A stretch of 64,000 nucleotides of DNA from assembly GCA_963813715.1 (NCBI GenBank), contig CAWFAK010000017.1, forward strand, positions 800,001 to 864,000. Direction: 5' to 3'. The position numbers and the translations under genes were made by a program. Position 1 is the first letter of the stretch, and each line of letters starts with the position of its first letter. The notes under the pieces are model-generated. The model saw only the letters and a list, made by a program, of their open reading frames with translations, had not been told where the DNA came from and ran no database searches. The stretch is from an uncultured Planctomycetaceae bacterium (lineage in GTDB: Bacteria; Planctomycetota; Planctomycetia; Planctomycetales; Planctomycetaceae). Positions 57,674-64,000 of this stretch are shown in pieces.

Positions 57674-57774
57674 CGGCCGTCTTCGGCAAGCAACCCGGCT
57701 CCCGGCGCGGTTTTTGCAGTCGTCTGGGGCGGGATTTGCGCCCGGATTGTCGCCGCTTTTTCCCGCGAGTGCGC

Positions 57775-59613
57775 ATGAGTTATCAGCCGATCGAAAACTA
57801 CGGCATCATCGGGAACATGCGGACCGCCGCTCTGGTCAGCATGCAAGGGTCGATCGACTGGTTCTGCTTCCCGCACTTCGATTCGCCGAGCGTCTTCGCC
57901 CGCATCCTCGACGACAAAAAGGGTGGCCACTTCAGCCTCGGCTCGACTCACAAGGACGCGCGACACAAGCAAGTCTATTGGCCTGATACCAACGTGCTCG
58001 TCACGCGGTTCCTCTCGCCCAACGGCGTCGGCGAAGTTCAGGATTTCATGCCGATCCTGGGACGTTCGGCCGGGAACGAAAACAGTCGCCTCATCCGCCG
58101 GGTGCGCGTGTCGCGGGGCGAAATGGAGTTCCGCGTCGACTGCGAGCCGGCCTTCGACTACGCCCGCGCCACGCATGAAACGGAACGCCAGGAGTACGGC
58201 GTCATTTTTCGCTCGGACGGGCTCACGCTGGCGCTTTCGACCTCCGTCCCGCTGCAGCGCGACAAGCGCAGCGCGCATGCCACGTTTCGTTTGCGCGAAG
58301 GCGAATCGACCGTCTTCGTGCTGCGGGAACTGCGCAACGACGAACAATGCATCAAGGCGCCCGACGAACACGAAAGCGACGAACTGTTCCAGAAGACCGT
58401 GCAATACTGGCGGAACTGGCTCGCGCAATGCCAGTACGTCGGCCGTTGGCGGGACATCGTCTATCGGGCGGCCCTTACGCTCAAGCTTTTGACCTTCGAG
58501 CCGACCGGAGCGATCGTCGCCGCGGCGACCTGCAGCCTGCCGGAAAAAATCGGCGGTCCGCGGAACTGGGACTATCGCTACACCTGGATCCGCGATGCGG
58601 CCTTTTCACTCTACGGTTTGTTACGGCTCGGCTTCACCTCCGAAGCGTCCGACTTCATGGGCTGGCTCGATGCCCGCTATCGCGAGCAACAAGGGGAGGG
58701 CATGCCGCTCGGCGTGCTCTACGGGATCGACGGCCGCAGCGATATTCCCGAAACCACGCTCGATCATCTCGACGGTTACCGTGGTTCGCGACCCGTGCGG
58801 ATCGGCAACGCCGCCTACGGCCAGATTCAGCTCGATATTTTCGGCGAGCTGTTCGATTCCGTGTACTTGTTCAACAAGTACGGCTCTCCGATTTCCTACG
58901 ACGGCTGGAAACATTTGCGCTCGCTGCTCGAGTGGCTCTGCGACAACTGGCAGCAGCCCGACGACGGCATCTGGGAGGTCCGCGGCGGAAGGCACGACTT
59001 CGTCTATTCGCGCCTGATGTGCTGGGTTGCCCTCGATCGGGGCCTGCGCCTGGCCGACAAGCGATCGTTCCCGGCCGACCGGAGCCGCTGGCTCAAAGTC
59101 CGCGACACGATCTACGAAGAGATTCTCACCAAGGGCTGGTCGGACAAGCGGCAGTCGTTCATCCAGTCCTACGGCAGCGACTACCTCGACGCGTCGGCCC
59201 TGATCATGCCGCTCGTCTTCTTCATGGCGCCCAACGATCCGAAGATGTTGAAGACGATCGATGCCATCCGCAAACATCCGGCCGACGGAGGGCTGACGTC
59301 GGACGGGTTGGTGCATCGTTACGACGTCCAACGCTCGCCCGACGGCGTTTTCGGCGAAGAGGGCACGTTCAACATGTGCAGCTTCTGGCTCGTCGAAGCG
59401 CTCACGCGAGCCGGCCGAACCGATCCCAAGCACCTCGAACGGGCCCGGCTGCTATTCGAGCGGATGCTGGGACACGCCAACCACCTGGGCCTCTACGCCG
59501 AAGAAACGGGCCCCAGCGGCGAGGCTCTGGGAAATTTCCCGCAGGCGTTCACCCACCTGGCGCTGATCAGTGCCGCGTTCAATCTCGACCGCAGCCTGGG
59601 CACCCGCGGCTGA
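57775..59613 (+). CDS. Glycoside hydrolase family 15 (glucoamylase/trehalase-like)
   Basis: [32 protein letters not shown]. Confidence 0.94.
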   Translation: MSYQPIENYGIIGNMRTAALVSMQGSIDWFCFPHFDSPSVFARILDDKKGGHFSLGSTHKDARHKQVYWPDTNVLVTRFLSPNGVGEVQDFMPILGRSAGNENSRLIRRVRVSRGEMEFRVDCEPAFDYARATHETERQEYGVIFRSDGLTLALSTSVPLQRDKRSAHATFRLREGESTVFVLRELRNDEQCIKAPDEHESDELFQKTVQYWRNWLAQCQYVGRWRDIVYRAALTLKLLTFEPTGAIVAAATCSLPEKIGGPRNWDYRYTWIRDAAFSLYGLLRLGFTSEASDFMGWLDARYREQQGEGMPLGVLYGIDGRSDIPETTLDHLDGYRGSRPVRIGNAAYGQIQLDIFGELFDSVYLFNKYGSPISYDGWKHLRSLLEWLCDNWQQPDDGIWEVRGGRHDFVYSRLMCWVALDRGLRLADKRSFPADRSRWLKVRDTIYEEILTKGWSDKRQSFIQSYGSDYLDASALIMPLVFFMAPNDPKMLKTIDAIRKHPADGGLTSDGLVHRYDVQRSPDGVFGEEGTFNMCSFWLVEALTRAGRTDPKHLERARLLFERMLGHANHLGLYAEETGPSGEALGNFPQAFTHLALISAAFNLDRSLGTRG

Positions 59614-59679
59614 GGCAACTTTCGCGCGGGAATCCGTTTCCCGGACTGCCCGCACCGACGGGTCGGGTTGATTCATCCC

Positions 59680-59703
59680 ACCAACCCGAAGCGTCAGCGA
59701 GGG
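59680..59703 (+). repeat. Planctomycete REP-like unit (single copy)
   Basis: ACCAACCCGAAGCGTCAGCGAGGG between convergent genes; recognised from memory of planctomycete intergenic repeats. Confidence 0.6.
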
Positions 59704-59778
59704 CTCTCGGATCCCATCGAATTCCCGCACAGGCTCGCGGCGAGCCATGGGCACGCCGCGGATTACCGCGGAGACGGC

Positions 59779-60522
59779 CTAGCCCGTCCGCCGGCCTCGC
59801 AGCCAGCGCGGCAGCGGAAACGCAAACGTCGTCGGCTCGCAGCCGATAAAGCCGACGTTGAGGAAGTTAGCCATCTGCCGCGCAATGTAGCGGGCGCGGT
59901 TGTAGGTGATGTTCGACAGCAGCACGGTTTGCCGACCTTCTTCGCCATTCGAGCAGACGCAAAACATTGCCTGCTGATTCTGCGCCCATCCCATCGTCAT
60001 TTCGATTGTGCGAATCTCGCGGCGCGGCTGATCCCGATTACCGCGCCAGGGCAGCGGCTGGTGGCGGATGTGGACAAACTCGTCGTCGATGAGAATCCGC
60101 GTCGAGTTCAAAAATCCGGAGATGACGTAATAGGTCAGTCCCACGCCGACGGCCACGTGCAACAGCGGGAATAACAGCGGCATCCACATCATGCCCTGCG
60201 CCGGGCGGGCCAGCGCCATGGCGTACCAAAAGACGAGGAAGCCGTCCCAGAACACGCAAAAGAAGGCCATGAAGATCAAGATCGGGTGAAACCAACTCAG
60301 CCGGATGAAGAGCTCGCCGCCGGGGCCCACTTCCCGCACCACTCCCCCGGGGCAACCCAGCTCCGGCTCCCCCTTGGTCGCCCCGGCCGCCTGTAGATTT
60401 TCGATCGAGAGCCGAAAGATCCGATTGCAATTGCCGCACTTGGCGACGAGTGCCGCAATATTGATGTCGGCCGCCGGCACCAGAGCGTGGCAGCCGGGAC
60501 AATGAACGCTCTGAGGCTCCAT
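59779..60522 (-). CDS. Membrane protein with an N-terminal zinc ribbon
   Basis: CPGC..CGNC, then two TM helices. Confidence 0.8.
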   Translation of the reverse strand: MEPQSVHCPGCHALVPAADINIAALVAKCGNCNRIFRLSIENLQAAGATKGEPELGCPGGVVREVGPGGELFIRLSWFHPILIFMAFFCVFWDGFLVFWYAMALARPAQGMMWMPLLFPLLHVAVGVGLTYYVISGFLNSTRILIDDEFVHIRHQPLPWRGNRDQPRREIRTIEMTMGWAQNQQAMFCVCSNGEEGRQTVLLSNITYNRARYIARQMANFLNVGFIGCEPTTFAFPLPRWLRGRRTG

Positions 60523-60618
60523 ACGCCAAAGAGAATAGCGGACGCCCCTTGTTTCACAAGCGGAAGTTTCTAGCCGCCGTGCGACATCACGGCCAGGCGC
60601 CGCGCAAAGCGGCCGCCC

Positions 60619-60647
60619 TTGACGGCATTTCGACCAAACCGTAAGTT
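60619..60647 (+). promoter_or_regulatory. Sigma70-type promoter of tRNA-Val
   Basis: TTGACG-17-TAAGTT. Confidence 0.65.
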
Positions 60648-60660
60648 CACGTGAGCCTGC

Positions 60661-60735
60661 GGTCGCTTAGCTCAGTTTGGTTAGAGCGCCACGTTGACAT
60701 CGTGGAGGTCACTGGTTCGAGTCCAGTAGCGACCA
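60661..60735 (+). tRNA. tRNA-Val(GAC)
   Basis: Acceptor stem GGTCGCT/AGCGACC, anticodon arm CCACG-TTGACAT-CGTGG, GGTTCGAGTCC. Confidence 0.96.
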
Positions 60736-60763
60736 CTCGCCCGCTTCAGGCGCACGTCCTGGG

Positions 60764-60794
60764 AACCCCGAGCCGATCGGGGTTTTCTGTTTTT
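60764..60794 (+). terminator. Rho-independent terminator
   Basis: AACCCCGA-gccga-TCGGGGTT followed by TTCTGTTTTT. Confidence 0.7.
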
Positions 60795-60869
60795 GCGAAA
60801 CGCCTCTGTGCCCGCGACTGGAGGTGAGGACGCGGGGCACTCGAGAGTGCAACGCGGTCAAGGTGCGTC

Positions 60870-62302
60870 GTGTCCGCCACCCAGTTTCAACTCGACGACA
60901 CGATCGGCGCGCTGGCTTCGGCGGCTGGGCCGACTGTTCGGGGAATTGTTCGAATTAGCGGCCCCCGCGCGCTCGAGAGTTTAAACGGTTGGTTCGAGCC
61001 CGCGGACTTCGAGCGTTGGCAATCGGCCCACGGAGCGACAGCTCATGCGGGCGGACTGCGGCTCGACGGGTTGCGGTCGCCGCTGGGCGTTACCGTCTAT
61101 ACGTGGCCCAACGGGCGCAGTTACACGGGCCAGCCGCTGGTGGAGATTCATGCCCCAGGGTCGCCGGCGCTCTTGGAAGCCATTTTGGCCCGGTCGTTCG
61201 CGGCGGGAGTGCGGCCCGCGCAGCCGGGTGAATTTACCTTGCGGGCGTTTCTGGCTGGCCGAATGGACCTGCTGCAGGCCGAGGCGGTGCTCGGCGTGAT
61301 CGATGCCGCGGGCGAGGACGCGCTGGCGATCGCGCTGCGGCAGTTGGCGGGCGGGATTTCCGGCCGCATGATGCAGGTTCGGGCCGACTTGATCGATCTC
61401 TTGGCCGACCTGGAGGCGGGGCTCGATTTTGTTGAGGACGGCATCGAGTTTGTCTCGCGGGCCGACTTGGCGGCGCGAATCGGTCACGCTCAATCGACGG
61501 TCGGCGAACTCTTGGTGCAGTGCCAATCGCGGGCTCAGTCGCAGGGTCGGCGTCGCGTCGTTCTGGCCGGACTGCCGAATGCCGGCAAAAGCACGCTGTT
61601 TAACGCCCTGCTCTCTCGCGACGCGGCACTTGTTTCCGCGGTCGCCGGCACCACTCGCGATTATCTGAGCGGATCCGTCGACTGGTCGGGGGTGGCCGTC
61701 GAGCTGATCGATACGCCCGGCTGGGAGTTTTTTGATGCGACCGATCGGGAAGCGGGCGATACCAGTGGTTTCGCGCGTGAATTGACGCGAAGGGCGCAGG
61801 AGCTCGGGGGCGAGCAGCGCGACCAGGCCGACCTCGTGCTTTGGTGTTCGGCGGCCAACGCTGGTGCAACGGAGCAGCGGGACGATTTCGAGCTGCGTCG
61901 AAGGGCAATCGACAGCGGTCGCCCATGGTGTTGGTCGAGACGAAGTCCGACTTGCGTGAGCCGTGTGCGAATCTCGACGCTGTTGGCAGCTCGCTGCCGG
62001 TTAGTGCGAAAACGGGAGCCGGGCTGGACGAGTTGGTTGAACGCTGCGCCCGATTGCTGAGCGACGCGTTGCCGGACCGTGGGGATGTAATCGGGACCAC
62101 GGCCGCACGCTGTCGCGAAAGCCTGTCCGCCTGTCGCGATGCGCTCGGACGCTCTCTGTCGGCGGCCGAGTCAAACCGAGGCGACGAAATCCTGGCACTT
62201 GAGCTGCGCGAGGCGCTCGAGCATTTGGGGCGTGTGCTGGGGACGGTCTACACGGACGACATTCTCGACCGCCTCTTCAGCCGCTTCTGCATCGGCAAGT
62301 GA
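60870..62302 (+). CDS. mnmE: tRNA modification GTPase MnmE (frameshift near 61915)
   Basis: PGEFTLRAFL.G, GLPNAGKS, GTTRD, DTPG, TKSD, C-terminal FCIGK. Confidence 0.95.
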
Positions 62303-62335
62303 CTGGCGGCCGCGAGCGTCGACGGCCGCCGTTGT

Positions 62336-63559
62336 TCACTCGGACGTCGGCTGGGAGCTGCGAGCGGTGCGGACCCACGTATTCTCGCGACGAAAGGGAA
62401 ACGTTGCATAGAGCGGCAGCTTCATCACCACGTAGACGGGCACGCTGAGCAAGAAGCGAAATGGAATCTGGTCCCGGGCGAACCACCACCAGGCCAGTGC
62501 GATAGAGACGGCCAACAGACCGAGCGCGGCCGCGCTCACCAACGCGGGCATACCGCCGGCGCCCAGGGCGAACGCTGCCAGACCCGCCATCAAGCAGGCC
62601 AGGTTGAGCGCAACGACGAGTGAAAGCGGCGGCACCGCCAAGTCGACGAGCATGGCCGCCAACCCAATGCGGCCGGTCCGCACAAACGCCCGCGCCAGGC
62701 GGGGAACCTGGCTCAAGAGAGTGTGCAAATGGCCGTGCTCCCAACGGCGTCGCTGACTGGTGAACGCGGCCGCTCGGTCCGGCAAGGCGGCAAATAACAC
62801 CGCCTCGTCGCAATAGGACGGCGGCGAACCGGCGAGCGCCAAATCGACTGCCAGCTGCATGTCTTCGACGATGTTGCCTCCCTCGAAAGAACGCGATTGC
62901 AAGGCCGCCCACGGGAACGCAGAACCCGAGCCGGTGATCAGGCAGGGAAATCCGAGCCGGGCCATCGCCAACGGCCGTACGCGGTTCTTGACGAGCACGG
63001 CGAGCGCGGAGACGACGTCGACCGCTCGCGGCTCAGCCGGCGCGGTCATGAGATAGCACGCCTGGGCCGGACGACTCGTGGCGGCCGCGTGAGCGACGAG
63101 CGCGTCGAGACAGCCGGGCACAAGCCGGCAATCGGCATCGACGACAACGACAAATTCCGGCGGGCTTCCGGCCGACAAATGTGCCAGGCCAGCCTGAAGA
63201 GCGAAGCCTTTGCCGCGCTGATCGAGGTGCGTGCGCTCGACCACTTCGGTTCCGTCCTCACGGGCGACACGAGCCGTGTCATCGGTGCAATTGTCGGCCA
63301 CGACGACGAGCCGATCGCCCGGCTGCATTTGCGACGAAAGCGATTCGATCGTGCCGCGGATCCCCAGTGCCTCGTTATGGGCGGGGACCAAGAGCGCGCA
63401 GGCCGGACGAACTTGACCGAGCCCGGCCGTTTGCTCCCGATCTAAACGACGACGCTTTGGGAGCGCTGCGACAGCCACTTGCCCCGCAATCACCAGCGCG
63501 GGCCACGCGACCAGCAGCGCCGCCGCCGTTAACCCGGCCGTGATCCAGAGCATTGCCAA
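62336..63559 (-). CDS. Glycosyltransferase family 2
   Basis: VPAHNE, DNCTD, DAD, VED, QRRRW. Confidence 0.92.
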   Translation of the reverse strand: MAMLWITAGLTAAALLVAWPALVIAGQVAVAALPKRRRLDREQTAGLGQVRPACALLVPAHNEALGIRGTIESLSSQMQPGDRLVVVADNCTDDTARVAREDGTEVVERTHLDQRGKGFALQAGLAHLSAGSPPEFVVVVDADCRLVPGCLDALVAHAAATSRPAQACYLMTAPAEPRAVDVVSALAVLVKNRVRPLAMARLGFPCLITGSGSAFPWAALQSRSFEGGNIVEDMQLAVDLALAGSPPSYCDEAVLFAALPDRAAAFTSQRRRWEHGHLHTLLSQVPRLARAFVRTGRIGLAAMLVDLAVPPLSLVVALNLACLMAGLAAFALGAGGMPALVSAAALGLLAVSIALAWWWFARDQIPFRFLLSVPVYVVMKLPLYATFPFRRENTWVRTARSSQPTSE

Positions 63560-63595
63560 AAGTTCCGCGGCGTTCGCAGGGGACGCGCCGATGTC

Positions 63596-64000
63596 TCAGC
63601 CGATCAGGCCCATCACGGGTGCGTCGAGGTCGATCAGATCCTGGATCACCTCGTGACCACGATTCGAGATCGGCGTGCTTGGAGAGACCGTGAAGAGCAT
63701 GCCGTCGGCCCGCGCCGCCAGCAGCTGCACGTCGGTCTGATTGTGGGTCGAAGGTCCGGCGACCAGGATCATCGAGTAACGGCCGCGCGACAGCTCGAGC
63801 AAATCGGTGACCCGCCGCGAGGCGAGACCCTCGCGCGGCATCGGACAAACACCGCCGTGAATGCAGTCAACTCGCGTGTATTTCGTGTGCAGCACCAGGT
63901 CGCCGATTTCCAGATCCTCATTGCAGAGGTAGTCTGAAATACCGAACGTGGCCATCTGCGCCTCGGCCGAACCGTCGACGAGCGTCGGATCGAGGGGCCG
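63596..64000 (-). CDS. C-terminus of a CpsD/CapB (Wzc)-like polysaccharide co-polymerase kinase domain (partial)
   Basis: GISDYL, RYSMILVAGP, LLAARADGMLF, APVMG; directly upstream of the GT2. Confidence 0.6.
   Translation of the reverse strand, partial: RPLDPTLVDGSAEAQMATFGISDYLCNEDLEIGDLVLHTKYTRVDCIHGGVCPMPREGLASRRVTDLLELSRGRYSMILVAGPSTHNQTDVQLLAARADGMLFTVSPSTPISNRGHEVIQDLIDLDAPVMGLIG

Noticed and set aside
60661..60800. tRNA-Val as an integration site
   Set aside because: It is followed directly by a terminator and mnmE; I saw no duplicated 3' end or integrase.

Overview
High-GC bacterial DNA, most likely Planctomycetota (planctomycete-type kinase-TPR segment, integrase N-terminus, REP-like repeat). 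Single-base frameshifts are common even in housekeeping genes (mnmE, flhB, fliP), so most split ORFs are probably long-read indel errors. The right third (42.4-64 kb) is core-like: tRNA-Pro(GGG), fliL-N-O-P-Q-R-flhB, msrBA, transporters, dienelactone hydrolase, SDR, GH15, tRNA-Val(GAC), mnmE and a GT2. The left two thirds is accessory DNA beside the tRNA-Pro 3' end. Between a degenerate copy of the tRNA end (21023-21034, next to a truncated tyrosine integrase) and the tRNA lies a ~21 kb block. It holds four full-length, apparently exported TPR-CHAT (caspase-like) proteases and four relic pieces of further paralogues. Four of these loci share a sigma70-type promoter, and the 42-aa TPRs vary mainly on one helix face. 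A thioester alpha-2-macroglobulin, an ADP-ribosylglycohydrolase, a truncated sirtuin, IS remnants and several fused gene fragments lie nearby. The best candidate for an undescribed system is this diversifying repertoire of exported receptor-proteases, possibly with a protease trap. Its function is inference only.
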